Of a stretch of DNA of 64,000 nucleotides, positions 1-9,638 are shown piece after piece. Position 1 is the stretch's first letter. Each line of letters starts with the position of its first letter. The position numbers and the translations under genes are program-made. This stretch comes from Candidatus Marinacidobacterales bacterium. Lineage in GTDB: Bacteria > Acidobacteriota > Vicinamibacteria > Marinacidobacterales > SMYC01. The notes below the pieces were generated by a model. It was not told where the DNA came from and did no database searches. It worked only from the letters and a program-made list of their open reading frames with translations. The stretch lies in the NCBI GenBank assembly GCA_965224085.1, contig CBDCYI010000005.1, positions 1,728,001 through 1,792,000 on the forward strand, given 5' to 3'.

Positions 1-1131
1 AAAAGCTCCGCGACGAAGGCGTGGCGATACCATCCGATGTCGGTCACGGTGTTCTGGGGACGCGCTGCGCTGCCAGATCACGGATTGGTGATCGTCGCGA
101 AGCTCTTGGCGTTGCCGCTGCCCCGCCAATTCTTGCGCGAGTGAGTTGGTGACACGAAAGGCACTTCCGTTGGCCGAGATGTCGGCGATGACTAGGTCTT
201 TCGGCGTGGGCCTCCAGTCGAGGCGCGTCGCGAGCCGAAACGCATTACCGCGATTGTTGAAGTTGCCGGGGTCGACCGGGTCGAGATAACGCTTGCCGGA
301 GCCGCCATAGGACAGAGCGAAAAAGGCGCCGACTCTATCGTTCAGCTGAGGCAGTTGGCCGCCTCCGGTCGCGGCGACCTCGCTGCTCTGTAGCGATCCG
401 GCCCGAAGCGCGGCCGTGCCGCTCCAGGACTCCCCGAGTCCTGACTTCGGGACGACGTTGATAACCCCACCCGAGGCGTTGCCGTATTCCACGGGCAAAT
501 GCCCGTCGAGGATCTCTATGGTCTGAAAGGCGTCGGGGTCGAGAGCGCTCGAGAAGAACGTGTCGATGCGGTCGCTGAGCGGGATACCGTCGCTGACATA
601 CAAGAAGCCGTCATCCACGCCGCGCGAGTGCAAAAGACCGTTATCTTCCGTCGCCCATCCGGGCGCGGTCGCGACGAGCTCCTGCATGCCGCTTCCCGGG
701 CGCGCCCCGGGCAGACGCTTCATGAGTCCTTGATCGAGCCTCGTGGTCGAGCTTACGTGATCGGGCTCGACGAGAGGGGGCGCTGCGCGCACCGTGAGCT
801 CTTCGCGCGGGCCGGCAATCTCGAGCACGACCTCGAGTGTTAGGGTCAGGTTCGAGCGCACCGCGATCGTTGTCTCGTACGGTCGGAACCCATCCGCCTC
901 GATCCGCACACCGTATTGGCCGAAAGGCACGTTTCTGAGCTGAAACTGGCCGTGATCGTTGGTCGTCGCGAGCCGCTCGAAATCCCACGTGGCGTCGTAG
1001 AGAACGACTTGCGCCTCGGCAACAGCCGCATGTGATGGATCCCGGACAGCGCCGTCGACGGTACCGATCTGGATCTGCGCCGCATCAGCCGAGCTTATTG
1101 CAAGCACGAGTAGCAGAATCCAGTGACGCAT
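1..1131 (-). CDS. TonB-dependent receptor with N-terminal carboxypeptidase-regulatory-like domain (5' part; runs off window)
   Basis: Manual translation from ATG at 1131: signal peptide MRHWILLLVLAISSADAAQ, then GTVDGAVRDPSHAAVAEAQV..FGQYGVRIEADGF, and plug motif VEYGNASGGVINVV. Not in the ORF track because it has no stop within the window. Confidence 0.85.
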   Translation of the reverse strand, partial: MRHWILLLVLAISSADAAQIQIGTVDGAVRDPSHAAVAEAQVVLYDATWDFERLATTNDHGQFQLRNVPFGQYGVRIEADGFRPYETTIAVRSNLTLTLEVVLEIAGPREELTVRAAPPLVEPDHVSSTTRLDQGLMKRLPGARPGSGMQELVATAPGWATEDNGLLHSRGVDDGFLYVSDGIPLSDRIDTFFSSALDPDAFQTIEILDGHLPVEYGNASGGVINVVPKSGLGESWSGTAALRAGSLQSSEVAATGGGQLPQLNDRVGAFFALSYGGSGKRYLDPVDPGNFNNRGNAFRLATRLDWRPTPKDLVIADISANGSAFRVTNSLAQELAGQRQRQELRDDHQSVIWQRSASPEHRDRHRMVSPRLRRGAF

Positions 1132-1432
1132 CTGGAGCCAAAACTTTAGCACGTTGGTGCCGCGGAAGTGACGCATCGAGCTAGAATGAGTGAACGGTGC
1201 ACATAGTCCTTCTCGTGGCGCTCGCTATTGCCTAGGAAAGTATTCTTTCGTAAGCTTCCTGAACAAGAAAGAATGCTTGACTAACCGTAAAGCCCTCAAA
1301 CCATTGAACTCTGCACGGCCAATGGTCGTCGGGAGCTAGGCTAGGAGCTAAGATCTTTTCCCTCAAGGCTTCCGGGTGGATTGGAGTCTCTTTTTTTGGG
1401 TTGCCTTTGTCGACCACTCCAGAGAAGATCCA

Positions 1433-2281
1433 CTACCCTTCGATCGCGTCGATAAGGAATCGGGGCAACGCGAAGGCAGCTTGGTGGATCTCGGGCGTGT
1501 AATAGCGCGTCGAGAGCTCCGCTTGCGCGTAGCGCTTGCTCAACACGGCGAGCGATGTGGCTCGGTGCGACGGCTCGTCGCTCGCCCAGGCGAACGCCAT
1601 GATGCCGCCCACGTAAGTGGGTACGGCTGCTCCGTAGAACGCGCAGTCCTCGAACAGCGGCGCGAGCCGCTTCGCCGTCGTTACGACTTCGTCGGTCTGC
1701 ATGAAGGCACTCCCGTTCTGTGTGACGAGAATGCCTTTCTCGCGAAGACAACGACGGCATCCAGCGTAGAACGAACGCGTGTACAAAGCTTCTCCCGGAC
1801 CAATCGGATCCGTTGAGTCGGAGATGACCACGTCGTAGCGTTCCTGCGTCTCGTTCACGAAGTCCACGCCGTCGGCGATGACTTGCTTCACGCGCTTGTC
1901 GTGGAAAGCGCCATTCGAGTGGCGCGGGAGGTATCGCTCGCAAATGTCGATCACGTCGCGGTCGATCTCGACATGGGTTACCTCCGCGACGCCAGCGTGC
2001 TTCAACACCTCGCGCAACATCGCCCCATCGCCACCTCCGATGACGAGCACATGCCGCACGTTGCCGTGCGCCAAGATGGGAACGTGTGCCAACATCTCGT
2101 GATAGACGAACTCGTCTTTCTCGGTCGTCTGGATGACGCCATCGAGCGCCATGACCCGCCCGAAGGTAGCGCTGTCGAAGATGACGAGATCCTGATGTTC
2201 CGTTTTCTTCTTGAACACCACTTCTTTGACGGAGAAGATCTGACCCCAGTCCTCGAACAAGTTCTCTTTGTGCTCGAGCAT
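1433..2281 (-). CDS. speE: Polyamine aminopropyltransferase (spermidine synthase)
   Basis: LDGVIQTTEKDEFVYHEM, VLVIGGGDG, YDVVISDSTDP, RYYTPEIHQAAFALP motifs. Confidence 0.95.
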   Translation of the reverse strand: MLEHKENLFEDWGQIFSVKEVVFKKKTEHQDLVIFDSATFGRVMALDGVIQTTEKDEFVYHEMLAHVPILAHGNVRHVLVIGGGDGAMLREVLKHAGVAEVTHVEIDRDVIDICERYLPRHSNGAFHDKRVKQVIADGVDFVNETQERYDVVISDSTDPIGPGEALYTRSFYAGCRRCLREKGILVTQNGSAFMQTDEVVTTAKRLAPLFEDCAFYGAAVPTYVGGIMAFAWASDEPSHRATSLAVLSKRYAQAELSTRYYTPEIHQAAFALPRFLIDAIEG

Positions 2282-2301
2282 TTCAGCGAAATTTCCAATC
2301 T

Positions 2302-3399
2302 TCAGTTTCCGACGGTCGTTTCGAGCTCGCCGGAAAGCTGCCGGTAATAAGAAGCGAGCTCGTCGAGATCAGTCGTTGTTCCCATCGCCGCCACGAGTAC
2401 GAGCCGTGCTTTCAACCCATCGAGATCTTCGCCAGAAAGAACGCCGATCCGCTTCGACTCGCTTCCGAGCTCGACCCGTCCGCCGCCAGTGCGGGTGGTG
2501 AAAACGACGACGACGTCTTGCTTGCGTGCCTCACGTACGGCGTCGAGGACCTTCGGCGGTATGTTGCCCCGACCAAACACTTCGAGCACAACGACGCGCT
2601 GGCCCGACCGCACAGCCGCCTTAACTTGGCTCCCGTCGCTTCCAGCGAATAAACGGATGAGCGTCACCAGCGGCTCGACCCGGTCGACATCGAGCTCGAG
2701 GCGACGCGCCGGCCGGTGGAAGAGATAGATCCGAGTGCCGTCCACGTGGCCTAGCGGGCCGACCCACGGTGACGCGAAAGCGTTCAAAGCGATGGAATGG
2801 ATTTTCCGTAGGTCGCGCGCCGCGTGGATCTCGTCGTTCATCGTGACGAGAACCCCCAGGCCTCGCATGCCTTCGGCGGCGGCGATGCGGATGGCGTTCA
2901 GCAGGTTGCGGGGCCCGTCGGGCCCGTCGGTATCGCTTCGACGCGGCGGCCGTTGAGCGGCAGCGAAGACGACGGGCTTTTCGGCGACGCCGAGAAGATC
3001 GAGGAGAAAAGCTGTCTCCTCGAGCGAGTCGGTCCCGTGGATAATGACGATCCCCGAGAGCTCGGGACGCTCGCGAAACAACGCCTGGGCGCGGCGAGCG
3101 AGGCGAAATTGCAGCTCGGGCGTCATGCGCGAGCTCCCAATCGTGACAAAATCCTCGACGCTGAGCTCGGCCACGCCATCGAGGCCGGGAACGAGCTTAG
3201 AGACTTCGCTCGCCGAAAGCGATCCAGAGCTTCCGCCGGAAATAGTGCCGCCGGTGCCGAGGAGGTGCACGCGGGGAAGCTCTTGGGATCCCAGAGAGCT
3301 GGCCCATAGGAGAAGCGCGCACGAGACGTTCCAAATCCTCCCGCTAAACACGATGGGTGTTTTACCACACGTAGGGGAAACAAGGCCGGTTTGGATCAC
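2302..3399 (-). CDS. L-asparaginase (type II-like, probable signal peptide; true start likely downstream of 3399)
   Basis: GTGGTIS and HGTDSLEETA catalytic motifs. Confidence 0.9.
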   Translation of the reverse strand: MIQTGLVSPTCGKTPIVFSGRIWNVSCALLLWASSLGSQELPRVHLLGTGGTISGGSSGSLSASEVSKLVPGLDGVAELSVEDFVTIGSSRMTPELQFRLARRAQALFRERPELSGIVIIHGTDSLEETAFLLDLLGVAEKPVVFAAAQRPPRRSDTDGPDGPRNLLNAIRIAAAEGMRGLGVLVTMNDEIHAARDLRKIHSIALNAFASPWVGPLGHVDGTRIYLFHRPARRLELDVDRVEPLVTLIRLFAGSDGSQVKAAVRSGQRVVVLEVFGRGNIPPKVLDAVREARKQDVVVVFTTRTGGGRVELGSESKRIGVLSGEDLDGLKARLVLVAAMGTTTDLDELASYYRQLSGELETTVGN

Positions 3400-3475
3400 G
3401 GACAGTGGCAGGGAGCATTCCTCACAATGATGAGATACCTAACTTTGTGTCCGTTTCACGCGCGGGGGAAAGCGC

Positions 3476-4078
3476 ATGAACACCGTATTGGATCTCATCG
3501 GAGAATTCGGGGTGCTGAACGACGCCAAGGGGATCTGGGGCGGGAAGCTCCCGCCCGAAGCAGAACGGCGTTGGCTGGAGCTTAAAAGTTTCTACGATCT
3601 ATTGATGCCGAAGAGCGGCGTCGGGCCGCGCCCGGTCACGCGTCGCTTCACGGCTCAGCAAGTCGAGGGGAAAGTGACCGCGCGGGAGCGGTTGCGCGTG
3701 CCGCTCGACAACGACATGATTTTGCGGACTGACTCGGAATTTCACGAGGCGATGGGCGTGAACCTCAGCCGCGGCGGCGTTTTCTTGACGTCGCCCGTTG
3801 TCCTTCCGGTTCGTACGAAGCTGAGCGTTTACTTATCGAGCCCGGACGTATCACACGAAGCGCTACTCGAGGCAGAAGCGGAAGTCGCGTGGAGGACGAA
3901 CACCCGTGGCGAGGAGCCATCGAGGGAGGGTATGGGTCTCAGCTTCCGAGGCGACATGGGCGAGATCATTAAACACCTCGACGCGCTCGTCATCAGCTCA
4001 CTCGTGCGTCGGCTGTCGGGTGTAGACGCGAATAGTCTCGCGCCAGAATTCCTGCGGAAAGAGGCCCTGGAGCTCTAG
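3476..4078 (+). CDS. PilZ-domain (c-di-GMP-binding) protein
   Basis: RERLR (RxxxR) and NLSRGG (D/NxSxxG) motifs, GMGLSF. Confidence 0.8.
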   Translation: MNTVLDLIGEFGVLNDAKGIWGGKLPPEAERRWLELKSFYDLLMPKSGVGPRPVTRRFTAQQVEGKVTARERLRVPLDNDMILRTDSEFHEAMGVNLSRGGVFLTSPVVLPVRTKLSVYLSSPDVSHEALLEAEAEVAWRTNTRGEEPSREGMGLSFRGDMGEIIKHLDALVISSLVRRLSGVDANSLAPEFLRKEALEL

Positions 4079-4130
4079 TCCCTGTATCCGTATTCGTCAC
4101 ACAAATCTCGGGTCCTTAAAGGGGACTAGC

Positions 4131-5972
4131 TCAAAGCCCTGGATAAGGGTCCGGGACGATGTGCACGAAGGCACCGAGATAGCGCCAATCTCTCTGAGCG
4201 CGGCCCTGAAGAAGCGGCACCGCACCGGTCTCGGTCTCGATCGTCACGAGATAGCAGTAGCTGCGGTGACCAAAATCCTCGTAAGGAAACGGCTTGCCCG
4301 CAGGTAGCTCGATAATCTCTTTGTCGCCGGGGGCGATGTCCCGCGCTTCACAGCCTCCTGGCACGCAGACTCGAACGTGATTGGGTTTTCCCGCCACGTT
4401 CGTGACGCGCACGACGATCTGCGTGAGCTCGACATTCGTCCGCACGACCATCTCCGCCGTCGAGCCGCCGCGCACGTGAAAACCTAGACCACCCGGGCTT
4501 CGCCGCTCGCGGCCCCAACTATTGTTGTCCAGGAAGTAGCCGAGATAGCCGTCGTCGAACTTCTGGCGAAACTTTCTCGGGTCGCTGTTGGTTGGCAGGT
4601 GGTTGATGAGCGACAGCTCGGGAGGAAGCCACTTGAACGCCCCCGTCGTCGCGTGCTCGCCGGGACGCCGGCCGGCTTCGAAGGGCCCCGCGAGGATAGA
4701 CGTCAGGAAGAGTGAAGCCGCGGCCCAGGACGCAAAAAGAGGCACTAGAGGCCTCGATAGCGTCCCGAGCAAAAAGAAATAGAGCGGGAAGAGATTCATG
4801 AAGTAACGATTGCCGATCGTCCCTGAACCTCCGAAGTAGTTCGTCGGGGTCCAGGTCAACATCAAAAGGCCGCCAAAGGTCGCGACGCCAAAAACGAGCC
4901 ACTGGTCGAGCGCTTTGTTTTTGGACAGCAAGAACATGATGAGAGCGGCGGCCGCGGGAAAAAAATAGACGGCCATCCCCGAAAAGCGCCCGATATGGAA
5001 AAAATAGATATCGTGAAGAACGATGTCCCACGGCTGATGCGTGTAGATGACGTCGGTCCTCTGGGAGAGGCCGGTGTTCTCGAAAGTGAGGTCGAATCGC
5101 TGATAAGGGTAAGTGCCGCTGAAAGTCTTGCGCTCGCCCCCTTGATAGTTCATTTCACCGGCGGCGAATAACGTGACGAGAAAAAGGCCGCAGAAAAACA
5201 AAGAGAAGACGGCGCCGACCCGAATCGTACGCATCCACTGCCGGCGCCATATGAGAAGTGCTACAAAGGGCACGATCAAGAAAATGTTGTTGGGTTTCGA
5301 ATAGGTGACCGAGCCCCAAATCGCCGCGGCGATCACGTCCGACGTCAAGCCGCTGAGAGGCCACGGCGGATGGTCGGCGCGTTCCTTGTAGAGCCAGAAA
5401 AACGCTCCGAGAAAAACGAGGCACAGGTTGAAGAGCTCCGGCGTGAGCCAAACGAAGTAAGCGGGCGCCACCGATGCGAAGAAGAACGTCAACGTGAAGG
5501 CGAGTGCTACCCCGTTCGCATTCTTCGCCGCGAGGAAGAAGTAGCCAGCCATCAACACCGCGCTAAGGAGGAGCGCGTGGAGCAACAGCATTCCATTTGT
5601 CCCGAAGAAACGAACGAAAGGCGCGGCCGCGAGTGAATAGATGAACGCCTTCGCAAAATAGAGATCTTGGGTGAGAGGTCCAACGCTCACGAGAAAGGGA
5701 ATCTGGGTCGTGAGCGTCAGGTCGAGCTCGCGTCCCTTCTTCAAGAAGATGCCCGACGGCCCGTTTCGGAATTCCTGGAACACGCGCTCCACATCGGCCC
5801 GCTCGAAGCGAAGATCTCCATCGAAGGCGAGGCTGTGCGCCATCGTGTAATACGTAGCCGCATCGCTCCAGAAGGCGCCAGCCCGACGCGGGTAGTCCAC
5901 CGTCAGCGCGAAACCGACGAGGAGGATCCCGATGGCAGCGATGACGAGAAGCGGCCCTCGATGCGAGCTCAT
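4131..5972 (-). CDS. Polytopic membrane protein, GT-C-like glycosyltransferase fold
   Basis: First TM followed by WSDAATYY acidic loop, many TM helices, GNRYF, soluble C-terminal domain. Confidence 0.6.
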   Translation of the reverse strand: MSSHRGPLLVIAAIGILLVGFALTVDYPRRAGAFWSDAATYYTMAHSLAFDGDLRFERADVERVFQEFRNGPSGIFLKKGRELDLTLTTQIPFLVSVGPLTQDLYFAKAFIYSLAAAPFVRFFGTNGMLLLHALLLSAVLMAGYFFLAAKNANGVALAFTLTFFFASVAPAYFVWLTPELFNLCLVFLGAFFWLYKERADHPPWPLSGLTSDVIAAAIWGSVTYSKPNNIFLIVPFVALLIWRRQWMRTIRVGAVFSLFFCGLFLVTLFAAGEMNYQGGERKTFSGTYPYQRFDLTFENTGLSQRTDVIYTHQPWDIVLHDIYFFHIGRFSGMAVYFFPAAAALIMFLLSKNKALDQWLVFGVATFGGLLMLTWTPTNYFGGSGTIGNRYFMNLFPLYFFLLGTLSRPLVPLFASWAAASLFLTSILAGPFEAGRRPGEHATTGAFKWLPPELSLINHLPTNSDPRKFRQKFDDGYLGYFLDNNSWGRERRSPGGLGFHVRGGSTAEMVVRTNVELTQIVVRVTNVAGKPNHVRVCVPGGCEARDIAPGDKEIIELPAGKPFPYEDFGHRSYCYLVTIETETGAVPLLQGRAQRDWRYLGAFVHIVPDPYPGL

Positions 5973-6015
5973 GGGAGCAATATTAGTGCAAAAAGACAGA
6001 TCTTCCCGAACGCGG

Positions 6016-6996
6016 TTACCGTGGGATGAACAGAGCCAGTGAGAACCAATCCTTGTCGTCGGTGAAGAACTCGCGAACGCGAAACCCCGCGTCGTCAGCG
6101 AGCTGGTTGATGATCGGCCGCGTGTATTTGTAGGAGTTTTCCGTATGGATGGTCTCGCCCGCTGCGAGCTCGAAGCTGCAGCCGCAGGCCTCGACGGGAA
6201 CGACTTGATGTTCGTCCGAGCGTAAATGCATCTCGATGCGCTCGGCGTCTTCGTTGTAGAACGCGAGGTGCGCGAAGCGCTCCACTGCGAACGTCCCCCC
6301 GAGCTCGCGGTTGATGCGGACGAGCACGTTGCGATTGAAACGCTCGGTGACGGACGCCGCGTCGTTATAGGCGGCGTTCAGCGTCGCCACATCTTTTTGA
6401 AGGTCGAAGCCGATCAAGAACGCGTCTTTCGACTCCAGATGGGATCGAACGCCGTGCAGAAAATGCAGGCACTCGTCGGGCTCCATGTTCCCGATGCTGG
6501 AGCCGAGAAACAGCACGAGCATTTGGTCTGGGACATGTTCGTGTTCGGCAACGAGGGTGCTCGCTTGCCTGAGCCCCGACTCGTATTGCGACGCGATTGG
6601 CGTCACGCCGAGCTCCGGATAACGCGCGTCCAGGCGGTCCGCCGTCGCGCGCAATATCGTCGGCGAGATGTCAATCGGAAGGTAATGCAGCGCGTCCTGG
6701 CTCTCGATGAAGCTATCGAGCAAGATCGTCGTCTTCGCCGAGCTTCCGCTCCCGAACTCGACGACGCTCACATCGTATCCCAAAATCGAGCCGAGCGCAG
6801 GCGCCGAGCGCCGCAAGAGCTCCGCCTCTGTGCGGGTCTGGTAATATTCGGGCTGTTCGGTAATCAGCTCGAAGAGCTCCGATCCTTCCGCATCGTAGAA
6901 ATACTTGGGATACAGAAATTTGGGCGAGTTTCCCAGGCCACGCGCGACGTCCTGGGCGAACGAATCCCGGCTCGAATCAGGGTACTTTGGGGGCAT
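6016..6996 (-). CDS. egtD: L-histidine N-alpha-methyltransferase
   Basis: PKYFYDAEGSELFELIT, EYYQTRTE, EFGSGS, FLGSSIGN, ETIHTENSYKY; start chosen at ATG 6996. Confidence 0.92.
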   Translation of the reverse strand: MPPKYPDSSRDSFAQDVARGLGNSPKFLYPKYFYDAEGSELFELITEQPEYYQTRTEAELLRRSAPALGSILGYDVSVVEFGSGSSAKTTILLDSFIESQDALHYLPIDISPTILRATADRLDARYPELGVTPIASQYESGLRQASTLVAEHEHVPDQMLVLFLGSSIGNMEPDECLHFLHGVRSHLESKDAFLIGFDLQKDVATLNAAYNDAASVTERFNRNVLVRINRELGGTFAVERFAHLAFYNEDAERIEMHLRSDEHQVVPVEACGCSFELAAGETIHTENSYKYTRPIINQLADDAGFRVREFFTDDKDWFSLALFIPR

Positions 6997-7058
6997 CGCG
7001 AGATTATACACGTTTCTTGAATCGTGCACTGCCGCTTGCTACACTGCGCCCCTCTAAT

Positions 7059-7832
7059 ATGGTCGTCGCTCACACTTTGGAAGACGTGCGTTCCTATTGG
7101 AACGAATACGTCAACGACATCGAGATCACCGAATATCCGGTGGGCTCTCCGGAGTTTTTCGAAGCGCTCGAGAGGTATCGCTACGACAAAATCGACTACC
7201 TGCTCGACTATGTCGACTTCCCGCAATACGAGGGCAAGAAAGTTCTCGAGATCGGCTGCGGGGTCGGGAACGACTTGATGCAGTTCGCCCGCGCGGGAGC
7301 GGATGTCTCGGCCCGGGACCTCACCGACAACGCAGTCAAGCTCGCCGCGGCGAATCTCGCGCGCGAGGGCTATAGCGGCGACATCCAGCAAGGCAATGCG
7401 GAAGCACTCGGCTTCCCCGACGACACGTTCGACGTCGTTTATTCACACGGCGTCCTGCACCATTCGGTCGACACAGAGAAGTCGGTTAGCGAAGTACGCC
7501 GCGTCTTGAGGCCCGAGGGCGAAGCCATCATCATGCTCTATAACCGGATCTCGTGGCTCGCCTTCGTCGCTTGGATCTCGGGAACGAATATCGAGCACGC
7601 GGAAAAAGACGCGCCCATCATAAGCAAATATTCGACGAAGGAATGCCGCGAGCTCTTCCGCGAGTTCTCCAATGTGAGCCTTCACGTCGACCGCTTCCCC
7701 AAGCGCACGCTCAAATTCGAAAACCTCGCCGGCAAGCTCAACAACTACGTGCTCGTCCCGTTTTTCGAGATCCTTCCCGATGCTATCCGCCGACCTTTCG
7801 GATGGCACATCATGATCCGAGCGAACAAGTAG
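7059..7832 (+). CDS. Class I SAM-dependent methyltransferase
   Basis: VLEIGCGVG, FDVVYSHGVLHH. Confidence 0.9.
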   Translation: MVVAHTLEDVRSYWNEYVNDIEITEYPVGSPEFFEALERYRYDKIDYLLDYVDFPQYEGKKVLEIGCGVGNDLMQFARAGADVSARDLTDNAVKLAAANLAREGYSGDIQQGNAEALGFPDDTFDVVYSHGVLHHSVDTEKSVSEVRRVLRPEGEAIIMLYNRISWLAFVAWISGTNIEHAEKDAPIISKYSTKECRELFREFSNVSLHVDRFPKRTLKFENLAGKLNNYVLVPFFEILPDAIRRPFGWHIMIRANK

Positions 7833-7836
7833 AGCG

Positions 7837-9612
7837 GTGCCCGTCGCGCGCCGGTGGTTCATCGGCCACGAAGCCTGGCTGGTGAGCGCCGCTATGGGCT
7901 TCTTGGTGAGCTCGCTTGCAGCGAGCGTGCTATTTCGATTCGAGCGTGCAACCCCTTCCGCGGTCCTAGCGATATCGGTCGTCGTCTTGGCACTCGCGCT
8001 CCGATTGATGGGCGCGGGCAGCCTCGAGGCGTCAGAGCTCCCGTGGCTTGCAGCGACGTGGCTCGTGGTGATGCTCATTGTAGTCGTGCCATTTTCGAGA
8101 GTGGGTGCTTCGGTGGCTGATGGCATTGCGTATCGAGCCTACTTCAGCGCCGATTTGATGACGCACCTCTCGGTGGTCGCGGAGCTCCAGAAAGGCACGT
8201 TCCCAATACAAAACCCGTTCTACGAGGGCGGCGGTCTCGGCTACTACTGGCTATTCTTCACCCTCCCGGCGGCGCTCGGCATTTGGCTCGGCAATCAAAC
8301 CGCGCTTCTCGCAACCTACTTCGCCGGTGGCTTGCTCTTTGCCGGGCTACTGTACGCGGCCGCGCGCCGGTTCGACCTCACCCCTGCCCGCGCCTTTCTT
8401 GCGGTGAGCGTCATGATGGGTGCGGTGAGCTATGAAGGCCTCCTCGCTCTTTTGCAAAGCGAGTCGTGGATGAACATCAACGTGGACGCTTTCTCGCGCT
8501 GGGTGCTCGAGCTCATATCCCTCGACGGGCTGCATCGCGGTCTCCTCTATACGCCGCAGCATCTTTTCAGCTACAGCCTGCTCGTAATCTTGATTCTGCT
8601 CGTCCGTAACGGCGAGCCGCGCCGGGTTTCGGCGGCGGCGTTTTGCGGCGTCCTTCTCGGCGGGATGGCAGGGACGAGCATCGTGACAGCGATGCTCGCG
8701 GGTCCGTGGCTCGTGCTCGTGCTCTGGCGGCGCCGGCGAGAGGTCCCGTTCCTCGCGATGGCCTCGGCGTCAACGGTGACGTCGCTCGCGTTTCTCGCGT
8801 GGTGCGTGGCCCTTGGCTTTTTCGGCGACGCTGGCGCGGCGCTCACGCTACGCACGCCGAAGCTTCTAGAGCTTCCCTCCATTTTGCTCATCGATTGCGG
8901 AGCGCTCTGTCTGCTCGCGTGGCGTCACGCGCGGCGGGAGATCGAGCTCGTCCTGCTCGCCGCGCTCGCGCTCGTCGCCGTGCTCTTTCTCGACCTGTTT
9001 GGCTACGAAGGTGTCTGGATGGCGTGGCGCGCTGGCAGCGTGCTGCTCGTCGCGTTGGGGTTGGTGGCGGCGCGGGCTTTGTCGCGGCCGCTCAGCCTGA
9101 CGCCTGCCATCATCCTTGCTCCGGCCGTGCTCACGGTGTCGCTAGACGTATACAACGCCGCGGACGTGACGAATCGCAACCCGTCCCCGGGCGGGTTCCC
9201 GTGGACGACGGTCGTCCCGCGCGCCGAATGGGAAGCGCTCGACTGGGTCCGGCGAGAGACGCCACCCGATGCGGTCGTACAGTGGGACGTGCGGGCGCGC
9301 GAGCTCGGCGAATGGGCGCTCATTCCCGCTCTCGGCGAGCGCCGCATGGCGGTCGGCTTTCCCATCTTTCTTCTCGACCTTCAGAAATACCGGCAGCGCG
9401 AACGGCGCCACGCCCGCGCGATCTTCAACTCGGGTGATGCGGCGGAGGCCTACCGAAAAGCGCGCGAGCTCGGGATCGACTACCTTGTCATCGGTGCCGC
9501 CGAGCGCCGCATTCGGGGAGAGAGGACGCGGCCTCTTTTCGATGCGAAAGACCGCTTCCGCATCGTCTTCGAAAGCGACGGCGTGGCGGTTTTGGCGGTG
9601 CTCGCGCCTTGA
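7837..9612 (+). CDS. Polytopic membrane protein (GT-C-like) with C-terminal soluble domain
   Basis: Many TM segments; loop ADLMTHLSVVAEL..NPFY..LGYYW; C-terminal ALDWVRRETPPDAVV..LGIDYLVIG. Confidence 0.6.
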   Translation: MPVARRWFIGHEAWLVSAAMGFLVSSLAASVLFRFERATPSAVLAISVVVLALALRLMGAGSLEASELPWLAATWLVVMLIVVVPFSRVGASVADGIAYRAYFSADLMTHLSVVAELQKGTFPIQNPFYEGGGLGYYWLFFTLPAALGIWLGNQTALLATYFAGGLLFAGLLYAAARRFDLTPARAFLAVSVMMGAVSYEGLLALLQSESWMNINVDAFSRWVLELISLDGLHRGLLYTPQHLFSYSLLVILILLVRNGEPRRVSAAAFCGVLLGGMAGTSIVTAMLAGPWLVLVLWRRRREVPFLAMASASTVTSLAFLAWCVALGFFGDAGAALTLRTPKLLELPSILLIDCGALCLLAWRHARREIELVLLAALALVAVLFLDLFGYEGVWMAWRAGSVLLVALGLVAARALSRPLSLTPAIILAPAVLTVSLDVYNAADVTNRNPSPGGFPWTTVVPRAEWEALDWVRRETPPDAVVQWDVRARELGEWALIPALGERRMAVGFPIFLLDLQKYRQRERRHARAIFNSGDAAEAYRKARELGIDYLVIGAAERRIRGERTRPLFDAKDRFRIVFESDGVAVLAVLAP

Positions 9613-9638
9613 ACTGTATACTGCTCGATCGGAAACGC

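Noticed and set aside
1232-1417. 61-aa ORF in the AT-richer intergenic region
   Set aside because: No RBS or motif support and atypical composition.
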